A stretch of 64,000 nucleotides of DNA from an uncultured beta proteobacterium. GTDB lineage: Bacteria; Pseudomonadota; Gammaproteobacteria; Burkholderiales; SG8-41. The stretch spans positions 47,839 to 111,838 of the forward strand of contig CAVOUI010000012.1 of NCBI GenBank assembly GCA_963699525.1, read 5' to 3'. Below the pieces are notes generated by a model, which was not told the origin of the DNA, made no database searches, and worked only from the letters and a program-made list of their open reading frames with translations. Below are positions 1-9,842 of this stretch, piece by piece. Position numbers and translations under genes: made by a program. Position 1 is the first letter of the stretch, and every line of letters starts with the position of its first letter.

Positions 1-655
1 TTCAGCATGAACCCGAATAACCTGGGCCAGCCGTAGAGCCGCACCTTGCGGTCGCTGGTGAGCAGGGGATGGCGGTGAAGGATCACGATCGTCCGCCGCT
101 CGCGCCGTGCCATGCGCTTCAGGCGCCTGAAGAGGTCGAGCTCCTCGCTGGCGTAGAGCGCCTCGCTGAAGCCGCCCGCCGTGCGGAAGGCCGCCGCCTC
201 GCAAAATATGAAGGACCCCGCTGCCCACCGCATGATCCTGCTCAGCGCGTTCCAGCAGTCCAATCGCCAGCGCGACGCCGCGAGGCGGGTTCGCGTAGAC
301 AACGGTGCTGCCCCCGGCCAGACAGCGCCCGGCGGCAATGGCGTCGGCCGCTTCGGAAAAAAGCTCCACTGTCGGGTGGGAATCGGCGTCCACGAAGAAG
401 ATCCAGTCCCCGCCGGCCTCCGGCGGCGCCCGGATTGCGCGCGCGGCTGATCTGGTTCACCGGCTCGAAGACGACGCGCGCTCCCGCCGCCCGGGCGATC
501 GCCGCCGTCCCGTCGGTGGAATTGTTGTCGCAGACGATCAACTCGGACGCCCAGCCGCGCCGGTCGAACGCTTCCATGGCCGCGCGGATGCTGCGGAGCG
601 ACCCGGGCAGCAATCGCTCCTCGTTGAATGCGGGAACGACGACGGAGATCTTCAT
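1..655 (-). pseudogene. Glycosyltransferase family 2 (runs off the window start); the reading frame changes twice (~300 and ~430), so two frameshifts or indel errors
   Basis: N-terminus MKISVVVPAFNEERLL...CDNNSTDGT in the 242-655 frame; GDWIFFVDADSHPT in a second frame; FIFCEAAAFRTAGGFSEALYASEELDLFRRLKR in a third (hand translation of the reverse complement). Confidence 0.7.
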
Positions 656-670
656 CTGGCTGACCTGGAA

Positions 671-846
671 GGACGCGGCCGCAAGGTCAGACCCCCATTG
701 ATAAGGTAGTGGCAGCCCGCCGCGGACTCGAACCGCGAACCTTCCGCTTCAGAGGCGGACGCTCTACCAATTGCGCTAGCGGGCAGCAGATTTGCCGGAC
801 TGGGGTCCGATCTCATTCGACCGTGCGCCGTCGTGGGAAGTTCGAA
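671..846. repeat. Direct repeat copy 1 (~176 bp, ~90% identical to 10551-10725); contains tRNA-Gln plus its 5' leader and 3' trailer
   Basis: Aligned by eye: ggac(g/c)cggccgc..ggtcagaccccc...tRNA...gggcagcag(a/g)tttgccggac..gtcgtgggaagttcgaa. Confidence 0.8.
710..785 (-). tRNA. tRNA-Gln (anticodon CTG)
   Basis: Cloverleaf folded by hand: anticodon stem TCCGC/GCGGA, loop CTCTGAA, T-arm CGCGG-TTCGAGT-CCGCG, 3' CCA encoded; the 1:72 position is a T-T mismatch. Confidence 0.8.
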
Positions 847-876
847 ACCGCGACGGGCAGACCGTGGATCACTCGC

Positions 877-2256
877 TTACTCCAGAGGCTTGAGATCGGC
901 GAGCAGGGTGGGGATCAGCTCGGTGACGGTCGGATGTATGTGCACCGCGTTCTGGATGACCGTATAGGGAGCGCCCGCATACATCACGTCGAGAATCGAG
1001 TGAATGGCCTCATCGGCTTCGATGCCGAGAAGCGCCGCGCCCAGGATCAGCCGGGTCTGCGCGTCGACCACTATCTTCATGAAACCCTGAGTCTCTCCGC
1101 GCTCCCGCGCGCGGCCGACCCGGCTCATCATCATCTTGCCCACCAGCGCCTTGCGGCCCGAGGCCCTCACTTCGCGTTCCGTCATGCCGGCCCGGCCCAG
1201 CGGCGGGTCGATGTAGAGCGCGTAGGCGGGGATGCGGTCGGTCACGCGGCGATGGCCGCCATCGAGCAGGTTGGCGGCGACGATTTCGTAGTCGTTGTAC
1301 GAGGTGTGCGTGAAGGCCCCCCGGCCATTGGCATCCCCGAGCGCCCAGATTCCAGGCACGTTGGTGCGCAGCTCGTCGTCCACCACGATGTAGCCGCGCG
1401 CATCGGTCTTCACGCCGGCCTTCTCGAGCCCGAGGTCGTCGGTGTTCGGCACGCGGCCCACGGCCAGCAGCAGATGCGAGCCCGTGACCTGGGGCGGTCC
1501 GCCTTCGCAGCTCAGGCCCGCCGCGACGCCGTTTCCGCGCTTCGCCACCGTGATGCACTTTGCGTTGAGCCTGATCTCGACGCCTTCGCCCTCCAGGATC
1601 TTCTGGATCGCCGCCGAGACTTCCTCGTCTTCGCGCGCGATCAGCCGCGGTCCCATCTCCACGACCGTCACCCGGCTGCCGAAGCGGCGATACATCTGGG
1701 CGAATTCCAGCCCGATATAGCTGCCGCCGATGACGACGAGGTGCTCGGGCAGGAAATCGATCTCCATCATGCTGGAATTGGTCAGATAGCTGACTTCGGT
1801 GATTCCGGGCATGTCGGGCACGGACGCCCGCCCACCGACGTTGAGAAAGATCTCTGCTCGCCTCCAGCAGTCTCCCGTTGACGCGGACAGTGCGGGGGCC
1901 CTCGAGCCGCGCATGCCCTTCGAGCACCGCGAGGTTGGGCGTATTCCTGAGCCACTTGGTCACGCCCTCGTTGGATTGCCGCACGACGGCGTCCTTGCGG
2001 GCCTTCACGCGCGTCATGTCCACGCTAATGCGCCCGTCGATCGCGACCCCGTATTCGGCGCCGGGCGCGCCACGTGCGCCGCGCGGGCGCTCGCGATCAG
2101 GGTCTTGGTCGGGATGCAGCCGACGTTGACGCAGGTCCCGCCGAAGAGCTTGCGCTCGATGATGGCCGTTTTGCGGCCCGCATTCGCGAGCCGGACCGCG
2201 AGCGAGGGACCGGATTGGCCGGTGCCGATGACGATTGCGTCGTACTTTTCGGACAT
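877..2256 (-). pseudogene. FAD/NAD(P)-dependent pyridine nucleotide-disulfide oxidoreductase (mercuric reductase / dihydrolipoamide dehydrogenase-like), split over three frames
   Basis: N-terminus [11 protein letters not shown] and [13 protein letters not shown] (2014-2256); middle in the 1010-2023 frame; C-terminus VVIGGSYIGLEFA...HIHPTVTELIP in the 877-1914 frame. Confidence 0.7.
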
Positions 2257-2323
2257 GCCATGCCTCCCACCGCAGCGGGGAACCTTAGTGGTCTGGCCCC
2301 TTTAGCTTATCCTCACGCGCTCG

Positions 2324-2698
2324 TCATTTCCGAAACAGCAACTCGCGCGCTTTTTCGTAAATCGCATCGATCCCAAGCTTTTTTTCCGTCACGTCATCCG
2401 CTTCCCAGCGATCCGGGCTGATCCAATATTGGGATTTCAGCAGGCACCGGTTTGCCAGATCCCGGTCGAATCGGCGAACGGGCACGGCGGCCTTGCTCCA
2501 CAATCGGGCAAGTTCCTCCTCATGTTTGCGCTTTCGCCGTCCAGTCTTTTCGAGTCGTGCGAGGTAAATCTTGGTCTCATTGGCGGCCGCATAGATGGCC
2601 GCGAGCGCCGCATCCATCAGATCATCGCGACGGTGGCGCTCGCTCGAAAAGTAGTCGAGCAGTTTCCCCAGCCCGGGGATTGCCTCAAGCATTGTCAT
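2324..2698 (-). CDS. Hypothetical protein (124 aa)
   Basis: ORF with a protein-like composition; no family recognised. Confidence 0.4.
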   Translation of the reverse strand: MTMLEAIPGLGKLLDYFSSERHRRDDLMDAALAAIYAAANETKIYLARLEKTGRRKRKHEEELARLWSKAAVPVRRFDRDLANRCLLKSQYWISPDRWEADDVTEKKLGIDAIYEKARELLFRK

Positions 2699-2728
2699 CG
2701 CCGTTACCCATCGGACCGTTTCCGCGAA

Positions 2729-3211
2729 TCATGGATGAAGCTCGAACTCCCCGTTGATTTCGACCGCAATGCCGCGCGGCAAGGCGGCGTGTCCCACCGC
2801 CGAGCGGGCGTGCTTGCCGAACTCGGGACCCCAGAGTTCGAAAAAAAGATCCGAGGCGCCGTCGATAACTTGAGGCTGCTGGACGAAATCCGGCGCGCAG
2901 TTGCACATGCCGAACAGGCGCAGCACGCGCTTCACCCGGTCCAGGTCGCCACAATGCGCCTTGATCGTAGCCATCATGGTGAGGGCCACCGCGCGCGCGG
3001 TCGCGTAGCCTTCCTCCACCGTGATGTCCACGCCGAACTTGCCGGTCTGCCGGACACTGGGCAGCTTGGGCAGGTCCAGTCCGTGGCCCGACAGCAGGAG
3101 TAGCGTGCCGGACTGGGTGCACCCCGTGCGGTTGTTCTTCGGGAAGACGAACGGGGGCGGCAACTCGTAGCCCATTCGCTTCAGACGTGATTCGATGGTG
3201 CCCATGGTCAT
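2729..3211 (-). CDS. RidA/YjgF (Rid) family protein
   Basis: 160 aa; Rid-like motifs (ARAVALTMMATIKA, GIAVEINGEFEL). Confidence 0.7.
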   Translation of the reverse strand: MTMGTIESRLKRMGYELPPPFVFPKNNRTGCTQSGTLLLLSGHGLDLPKLPSVRQTGKFGVDITVEEGYATARAVALTMMATIKAHCGDLDRVKRVLRLFGMCNCAPDFVQQPQVIDGASDLFFELWGPEFGKHARSAVGHAALPRGIAVEINGEFELHP

Positions 3212-4230
3212 TGGGGCTTGATGCCGATGGCTTCGCCGAGCTTGCGTGTGCGGGCGATGTAGTCGCGCGCAAAGGCCTCGAATTTCGCCGGCGGGCTCGA
3301 CACCGGCTCCGCGCCGAGCACGAACAGGCGCTCGCCGACGTCGGGCAGCGCAAGAATGCGCGCCATTTCCTTTGACACGCGCTCCCGGATCGGCAGCGGG
3401 GTGCCGGCCGGCGCGAACACGCCGAACCAGTCGTCGCCCTCGTACCCGGGCAGCCCCGCTTGCGCGAGGCTCGGTATGCCCGGCAGGAAACGGGCGCCGG
3501 CGGGAGATGTCGTCGCCAGGATTTGCAGCTTGCCCGCCCGCGCGAGCGGGATCGCATTCGGGCCCGGCGCAAACGCGTAGAGGACCCGCCCGGTCATCGC
3601 CTCGTTGACCGCTTCCGGCGTGCCGCGCTGCGGCGCATGGTCGGCCTTGATGCCCGCGAGGTGGGCCACGGCGGCCGCGTGTAGATGGGCGGTGCTGCCG
3701 ACGCCGGCCGAAGTGTAGAAAATTCCGGCGGGCTGCTTCTTGGCGTACGCGATCATCTCCTTGAGCGAGCTGAAGCCGTGCGACGTCGATACGACCAGGA
3801 AGCTCGGCGAACGCGCCATCTGGCCGACGCCCGAGAAATCGCGCGTCGCGTCGTAGGGCAGGCTGCGATCGATCGCGGCGCGCACGGCGAACGCGCTCGC
3901 CACCGCGAGGAAGGTGCGGCCATCGGGCTTCTGTGTCGCGACGTACTGGGAACCGACCACGCCGCCGGCGCCCACCCGGTTATCCACCAGCGCGGTGATC
4001 TTCCAGTTGTCGGCAAGGTGCTTCGCGACGATGCGCATGATGACGTCCGTGCCGCCGCCCGCTGTGAAAGGGACCACGAAGCGGATTTGCTGCGGCGGAT
4101 AGCCTGCGGCGGGGTCGGGTGCCTGCGCCGGCGCCAACGCGGGCACCACCAGTGCGGCGACCGCCAGGACACGCAGCACCGGCAAGACGCCGCAGTGGCA
4201 ACGAACGGAAGTCAACGAGCTTGGTTTCAT
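3208..4230 (-). CDS. tctC: TctC (Bug-family) tripartite tricarboxylate transporter substrate-binding protein
   Basis: Signal peptide, FVVPFTAGGGTD, DNRVGAGG, conserved YTSAGVGST; AAAGGAAAA Shine-Dalgarno before the ATG at 4230. Confidence 0.85.
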   Translation of the reverse strand: MKPSSLTSVRCHCGVLPVLRVLAVAALVVPALAPAQAPDPAAGYPPQQIRFVVPFTAGGGTDVIMRIVAKHLADNWKITALVDNRVGAGGVVGSQYVATQKPDGRTFLAVASAFAVRAAIDRSLPYDATRDFSGVGQMARSPSFLVVSTSHGFSSLKEMIAYAKKQPAGIFYTSAGVGSTAHLHAAAVAHLAGIKADHAPQRGTPEAVNEAMTGRVLYAFAPGPNAIPLARAGKLQILATTSPAGARFLPGIPSLAQAGLPGYEGDDWFGVFAPAGTPLPIRERVSKEMARILALPDVGERLFVLGAEPVSSPPAKFEAFARDYIARTRKLGEAIGIKPQ

Positions 4231-4240
4231 GGTTTTCCTT

Positions 4241-5569
4241 TCAGGGAACATACACCCAGAGATCCAGCATCACGACCGCGCCCGGAACGCCGAGCGCGGG
4301 CACTTCGATCGCCGAGAACGGCAGGTGCCGGCCGGGCAGGTATTGCTGCCAGACCTGCCAGGCGCCGTTGAAGTCGCCAAGACTCGTATGGAACTGCTGC
4401 GCGCGCACCACGTTGGCGAGTGAAGTGCCGGCCTTGCGGCAGATGCGCTGCGCCTGCGCGAGCACGGTGTCCATCTGCAGTTGCACGGCGCTGCCAAAGT
4501 GCGGCTGGCGCGGATCGATGCGCGCTGACGGGGCGAGCGCTCCGCCCGCGTCCACCGCCATCAGCCCGGACAGAAACAGCAGGTCACCGGCGCGGATTGC
4601 CTGCACGTGGCCGGCGTAGGCCGTGGGCACGCCGGCATCGATCACCTGTTTGCGGGTGCGGCCGCCGCGGCGCAGGCTGAGGGTGTTGATCTCGATGCGG
4701 CCGGCCTCGCAGATGAAGCCGGGCGTGGCGGTGGTGATGAGGGTGGTGGCGGGCGGCGACTCCGGAAAGTGCTTCGCCCACACTTCGTTGAAGGCCGGGA
4801 TGTCATTGACGTCGCGCAGGTAGACCTGCGCCTTCACCACTTCGGCGAGCGTGTTGCCGACGCTCGCCAGCGCAGGCTTGAGCTTGCGCTCGATCACGAA
4901 CTCGGTCTCGAGCTTGATCGGCGTGCCCTTCCACAGGTGCCCGGCCGGCATCCGTGCCGCGGGATCGATCGGGCCTTCCTCGGTCTTGAGCGCTTCCGCG
5001 GTCTGGCCCGCCACGAACACGTAGTCGCCGCAGGTGAGCACCGGGCTGTAGGCGGAGGTCGCGTGCACCGGAAGATTCTTCGGGCGGTGCTGCACCACCT
5101 CGAAGCCCTTGGCGGGGACGACCGCCATCAGCTGCACTTCCATGTCCTGCCCCGCGAGCAGGAATTTCTGATGCAGGTTCGAGGTGCTGGGCGGCACGTG
5201 GCCCGCGAAGAAATCGCGCCGCACTTCGTGGTAGGCGGGAACGACCTGCCCGCCCGTGTAGTACTGGTCGACCCGCACGACATGCTTGCGGTCGGTGCCG
5301 CCGGCTTTCAGCACTTTCTCGAAATTGGCAAAGATGCGCTGCGCCTCTTTTTTGTGCTTCGGCAGACCGTGGCGCGGCGCGGACTCGTCGACCACCTCGG
5401 CCGCCATGCCGCTCACGAAATCGGCTGTGCCTTTGTGTCCGGTGGCAAACACCCAGCGGCCGGCGCGCACGCCGGGCGCGTAGCGAATGTCGCCGGGCTG
5501 GATGGTGACCGGAAGCAACGCGGTGACTGCGGATTCGGGCCGCGCGGACTTCTTGCTGGCAGGCATCAA
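4241..5569 (-). CDS. Multi-domain RidA/YjgF-like protein (three Rid-like modules, 442 aa)
   Basis: Repeated YjgF-like segments (VFVAGQTA, VYLRDVND; GHVQAIRAGDLLFLSG, DLWVYV). Confidence 0.65.
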   Translation of the reverse strand: MMPASKKSARPESAVTALLPVTIQPGDIRYAPGVRAGRWVFATGHKGTADFVSGMAAEVVDESAPRHGLPKHKKEAQRIFANFEKVLKAGGTDRKHVVRVDQYYTGGQVVPAYHEVRRDFFAGHVPPSTSNLHQKFLLAGQDMEVQLMAVVPAKGFEVVQHRPKNLPVHATSAYSPVLTCGDYVFVAGQTAEALKTEEGPIDPAARMPAGHLWKGTPIKLETEFVIERKLKPALASVGNTLAEVVKAQVYLRDVNDIPAFNEVWAKHFPESPPATTLITTATPGFICEAGRIEINTLSLRRGGRTRKQVIDAGVPTAYAGHVQAIRAGDLLFLSGLMAVDAGGALAPSARIDPRQPHFGSAVQLQMDTVLAQAQRICRKAGTSLANVVRAQQFHTSLGDFNGAWQVWQQYLPGRHLPFSAIEVPALGVPGAVVMLDLWVYVP

Positions 5570-5626
5570 TTCAGGCTCTGGCGAGGGTGGAGCAGGAACA
5601 TCAAAGATAGCTTTGCGGGATCCTGA

Positions 5627-7897
5627 TCACTCGAGAACACCGAGGGTGACGATGCTTTGCGGACTATTGCCCGCGGCGAACGGGCTATTCGCGATCGCCG
5701 TTAACGCACCGGTGGCCGGGTTGATCGCATAGGCGGAAATGCTGTTGTTGTTGATACCGGAATTCGCGGCATAGGCGAACCTACCGCTGAAGTCCACGGT
5801 TACCGATCGCGGTTCCAGGCCTGCGGCGAAGGGGCTAGGCAGCGTCAGCGCACCGGTGGCGGCGTTGATCCCGTAGGCGGAGATGCTGTTGGAGCCGTTG
5901 TTCGCCACGTAGACAAACCGTCCGGCCGGGTCGACCGTCACCGACCAGGGCGTCAAGCCCGCGGCGAATGGGCTTCCGGTAATCAGGGTCAGTGCACCCG
6001 TGACGGAGTCGATCGAATACGCCGATACGCCGGAGCCACCGCTGATGTGCGTCACGTAGACGAAGCGCCCGTTTGGGTCCACCGTCACCGACCGAGGGCC
6101 CTGGCCTGTCAGGATTGTGCCTATCGGCGTGAGAGTGCCCGGATTGAGGATCACACCCGTATCAATCCGGTAGGCCGAAACGCTGTTGCCCTGAAAATTC
6201 GCCACGTACACGAACCGCCCGCTCGGGTCCACCGTTACGGAAACGGGGTCGTTCCCAGCGGCATATGGGCTGGCCAGGCCGGCGAGGACCCCGTTATTCG
6301 GGTCGATCGAGTAGGCGGAGACGCTATCGGAGCCAAGATTCGCTACGTAGAGGAACCGCCCGCTCGGGTCGACGGCGACGGACTGGGGCCCGGACACAGC
6401 GGCAACCCCGCCGGAGAACGGGCTTCCCGGCACCGGCGTCAGGGCCCCTGTGCCGGGGTTGATCGCGTAGCCCGAGAGATTGTTGGAACCGGCGTTAGCG
6501 GCGTAGACAAATCTTCCCATCGGATCGGCGGCGACCGATAGCGGCGTGTCCTCCGTGAGGCTGTTGCCGGCCGGCGCCAGAGCGCCCGTGGACGCGTTGA
6601 TCGTATACGCGGAAACCGAGTTGCCCACGCTGTTCGCCGCATAGGCGAATCTGGGCCGGAAGACGAGCGGCGCCGTTCCCTTGCTCACGGCGACGGATCT
6701 CGGAGCCGACTGGGCACTGACGGTTGCGGAACTCGCGAGTGGCGTGAGCGCGCCGGTCGCGTTGTTCAGCCGATACATGGAGACGTCGTTCGAGGCGACA
6801 TTCGTCACGTATACAAACTGACTGCTCGGATCGACGGCAACTGAGCGGGGGCTGCTGCCCGCCGGGAACGGACTTCCACCGACCGGCATCAGCACCCCGC
6901 TGGCCGCGTCGATCGTGAAGGCGGAAACCGTTCCGGAGACCTCATTCGTCGCGTACACAAATTGCCCGCCCGCGTCCACGGCAACGCTGCTGACACCGCT
7001 GCCGGCAAGAAACGGGCTTCCGGCCACGGGCGTCAGCGCCCCGGTGGCCGCGTCGATCCGGTATACGGATACGTTGTTTGAGGCGCCATTTGCCGCCACG
7101 ACGAACCGCCCGCCCGGCTCGACCAGGACCGACTGGAGACCCGATTCAGCGGCAAACGGGCTGCCGGGCACCGGCGTCAGAGCACCGGTGCTGGTGTTGA
7201 TCGAATACGCCAAGATCTTTTTGTCGAGGAGATTGCTGGCCGCCACGTAGGCGAATCGGCCGCCCGGATCCACGGCCACGGAGAGGGGATTGGTGCCCGT
7301 CATGAACGGGCTCCCCGGCGCCGGAGTCAACGCGCCGGTGGCCGCGTTGATCGTGTAGCCGGAGATCGTGTCGGAAAGCTGGTTCACCGCATAAGCAACG
7401 CGCCCTGCCGCATCCACGGCCACGGATATCGGGCTATTGCCTGCAGCGAATGGGCTGCCCGCAACGGCAGTCAGCGCCCCGCTCGTGGGGTTGATCGTGT
7501 AGGCCGCGACGGCGCCCGCGTTGACATTGCTTGCCACAAAGACAAACCGGGCGTCGGCGTCCATCGCGACGGACGCGGCTCCCGGGATACCCGCGACGTA
7601 GCCGCGTGGCCGCAACTGGCCGGTGGCGGCGTCGACGGCGAAGATGGAGACTGAACTTTCCTGACCGTTGGCCACGTAGGCAAAGCGCGGCGCAGTTACC
7701 GTGGCTGGCGGCGGCATTCCACCGCCACCGCCACCGCCACCGCCTCCACCACCGCACGCAGCGAGGGCGATGGAAACCAGGAGCAGCGATGTCTTGAGAA
7801 ATCGGTGTTTCAATCCGTTCGCGATCCCGGATTGCCCCGGCGGATCGTCGAGGGCAGGGCAGTACGAAATCGCGGCTGAGTTTTTCGGTTCCATCAT
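5627..7897 (-). CDS. Lipoprotein with ~14 YVTN/lactonase-type beta-propeller repeats (two predicted 7-bladed propellers); the likely true start is TTG at 7813
   Basis: Repeats of the form YVAN..SN.VS.Y.ID..TGALTPV.GSPF.AG..P.SVAVDPSGRF.Y; lipobox LLLVSIALAAC followed by a G12 linker. Confidence 0.8.
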   Translation of the reverse strand: MMEPKNSAAISYCPALDDPPGQSGIANGLKHRFLKTSLLLVSIALAACGGGGGGGGGGGGMPPPATVTAPRFAYVANGQESSVSIFAVDAATGQLRPRGYVAGIPGAASVAMDADARFVFVASNVNAGAVAAYTINPTSGALTAVAGSPFAAGNSPISVAVDAAGRVAYAVNQLSDTISGYTINAATGALTPAPGSPFMTGTNPLSVAVDPGGRFAYVAASNLLDKKILAYSINTSTGALTPVPGSPFAAESGLQSVLVEPGGRFVVAANGASNNVSVYRIDAATGALTPVAGSPFLAGSGVSSVAVDAGGQFVYATNEVSGTVSAFTIDAASGVLMPVGGSPFPAGSSPRSVAVDPSSQFVYVTNVASNDVSMYRLNNATGALTPLASSATVSAQSAPRSVAVSKGTAPLVFRPRFAYAANSVGNSVSAYTINASTGALAPAGNSLTEDTPLSVAADPMGRFVYAANAGSNNLSGYAINPGTGALTPVPGSPFSGGVAAVSGPQSVAVDPSGRFLYVANLGSDSVSAYSIDPNNGVLAGLASPYAAGNDPVSVTVDPSGRFVYVANFQGNSVSAYRIDTGVILNPGTLTPIGTILTGQGPRSVTVDPNGRFVYVTHISGGSGVSAYSIDSVTGALTLITGSPFAAGLTPWSVTVDPAGRFVYVANNGSNSISAYGINAATGALTLPSPFAAGLEPRSVTVDFSGRFAYAANSGINNNSISAYAINPATGALTAIANSPFAAGNSPQSIVTLGVLE
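7705..7757. repeat. (CCACCG)n/(GGN)n hexanucleotide simple-sequence repeat encoding the poly-Gly linker of the propeller lipoprotein
   Basis: ccaccgccaccgccaccgccaccgcctccaccaccg. Confidence 0.8.
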
Positions 7898-8255
7898 GCC
7901 TCCTCGATCGTCCTCGCTGCGGGTCGCGCGATGCGAGCGGACCTGGAGGGGGTGTTGTTCGATTTCCGGACCATTGTATGCCCCTTGGCGTTGCCTTGGC
8001 GCCCTTGGGCTTCGTAGAGCAAGCCGGAAGGATGAACATCGAAGGAACCGGGCCCGATTTTTTGTCGATTGACTGAGCCTGGCCCCTTCATCTCATTGAT
8101 TAGCGCATCAGGGCGATGCGCTCCGGATCCGGTGTCAGGATTATTGCCACAGGTGGAAGGGGTGGGGACCGCCTTTGCTTGGGCAGAATCGCGCCAAACC
8201 CCGGCGACGACAAATGGGCAAGCCCATTTTCCGATCCCGCCGTTATCATTCCTGT

Positions 8256-9350
8256 ATGCGGGTGGTCGTACTAGGCGGCTACGGAAACTTCGGGGCTCGA
8301 ATCTGCCGGGAGCTCGCCGGAGATTCAGGGATCGAGGTCATTTCGGCTGGCCGCAACCCACTTGCGATCCCTTCCGGAGCAAACATCCGGACTGCGCGGC
8401 TCGATCTCGCGTCTAGTGATTTTCCCGCAGCGCTTCGATCGCTGTATCCGGACCTGGTCATGCATTGCGCCGGCCCGTTTCAGGGCCAGGATTATCGAGT
8501 AGCCGCGGCGGCGCTCGCGGCGGGCGCGCACTACATTGATCTCGCGGACGGCCGCGCCTTCGTTGCCGCGTTTGCAGGGCAGCTGGATGCTGTCGCACGG
8601 GCGGCAGGGCGATTGGCGATCACCGGGGCGAGCACCTTGCCCGGGCTCTCGTCCGCGGTTGTGGACCACCTTGCGCAGCGCTTCCAGAAAATAGACGAAA
8701 TCCAGATCTCGATTGCGCCTGGCCAGAAGGCGCCGCGCGGGACCGCCACGATCGCGGGAGTTCTGAGCTACGCCGGCAAGCCGTTCAAGCGACTGCGCCT
8801 CGGACGCTGGTCGGATGCGTGGGGCTGGCAGGGGCTGAAGCGCATCCGGTTCGCCGGCGTGGGGATGCGTCTTGCAGCCGCGTGCGACGTGCCCGACCTT
8901 GAGCTCTTTCCGCGGCGCTATCCGGGCGTGCGCACGGTCGAGTTTCGCGCGGCGCTGGAACTCAGCGTCCAGACGATGGGTATCGCGCTGATGGCTTCGC
9001 TGCGGCGAGCGGGATTGCCGTTGCCGCTCGAGCGATGGGCCGGCTTTGTGAACCGCGCGGCTTCGCTTCTTGACCGGTTTGGCACGGACCGTGGCGGAAT
9101 GCTTGTGTCCGTGAGCGGTATGCGCCTCGACGGACGCCGGGGAAGCGCCGAATGGCACATTACTGCCGGGAACAATCACGGCCCGGAGATACCGTGCATG
9201 GCGGCGATCCTCATGGCGCGTAAACTCGCGAGCGGGGAGATCACCATGAGCGGCGCGCATCCCTGCATGGGGTTCCTCGGCCTCGCCGACTTCGAGCCCG
9301 AGTTTGCGCGCTGGGGCATGACGACCGTCATCGAGGAGCATCCGGCTTGA
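8256..9350 (+). CDS. Saccharopine dehydrogenase-like NAD(P)-binding protein
   Basis: Rossmann MRVVVLGGYGNFG; ATG at 8256 inside the longer ORF 8175-9350. Confidence 0.8.
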   Translation: MRVVVLGGYGNFGARICRELAGDSGIEVISAGRNPLAIPSGANIRTARLDLASSDFPAALRSLYPDLVMHCAGPFQGQDYRVAAAALAAGAHYIDLADGRAFVAAFAGQLDAVARAAGRLAITGASTLPGLSSAVVDHLAQRFQKIDEIQISIAPGQKAPRGTATIAGVLSYAGKPFKRLRLGRWSDAWGWQGLKRIRFAGVGMRLAAACDVPDLELFPRRYPGVRTVEFRAALELSVQTMGIALMASLRRAGLPLPLERWAGFVNRAASLLDRFGTDRGGMLVSVSGMRLDGRRGSAEWHITAGNNHGPEIPCMAAILMARKLASGEITMSGAHPCMGFLGLADFEPEFARWGMTTVIEEHPA

Positions 9351-9456
9351 GCGGCGTCTTGCGTTCTGGAAGACGGCGCATGTCCTGAGCGCGGCGATCC
9401 TGTTCGGCACCGGGATCGGCATCGCATTCTTCTGCTGGTTCGGGTTCCGGCGCGCG

Positions 9457-9840
9457 TTGCGGACCGGCGACATCGCGGGGCTGCGCCTCATGCTGCGGCT
9501 GACCGTGCTGGCTGACGCCTGGTTTACTGCGCCAGCCGTCGTCTTTCAGGCGGCCAGCGGTCTGGTCCTAATGATTCTCCTCGGCTGGCCGCTGGCGAGC
9601 CCATGGTCCATCGCTGTTTGGTCGTTGTTCATATTCACGGGCGCCTGCTGGTTACCGGTGATCGTCATGCAGGTCTGGCTGAGCCGCGAGGCCGACCGTG
9701 CGCCCTCCATCGAAGCACTGCCTGCGCGATTTCACCAGTGGTTTCGCCTGTGGTTTGTGCTGGGGATTCCGGCGTTCACGGCGGTGGTGCTGCTTTTCTA
9801 TTTGATGATCGCGAAGCCGTTTGCCATAACGCTTGCGTGA
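9457..9840 (+). CDS. DUF2269-family membrane protein; homology and the open frame extend upstream to ~9352 with no start codon
   Basis: TM helices; the upstream in-frame KTAHVLSAAILFGTGIGIAFF matches the family N-terminus but no ATG/GTG/TTG is present. Confidence 0.55.
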   Translation: MRTGDIAGLRLMLRLTVLADAWFTAPAVVFQAASGLVLMILLGWPLASPWSIAVWSLFIFTGACWLPVIVMQVWLSREADRAPSIEALPARFHQWFRLWFVLGIPAFTAVVLLFYLMIAKPFAITLA

Positions 9841-9842
9841 CC

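Noticed and set aside
69-1881. Long plus-strand ORFs (69-701, 709-1881) at the window start
   Set aside because: They are antisense to the GT2 and PNDR oxidoreductase genes and have an Arg/Pro/Ala-rich low-complexity composition typical of spurious ORFs in high-GC DNA.
7705-7757. CRISPR-like or regulatory repeat
   Set aside because: A simple hexanucleotide repeat inside a coding region that encodes poly-Gly. No spacer-repeat structure is present; no CRISPR array was found anywhere in the window.
8325-9491. 388-aa minus-strand ORF
   Set aside because: Antisense to the saccharopine dehydrogenase-like gene; Arg-rich junk translation.
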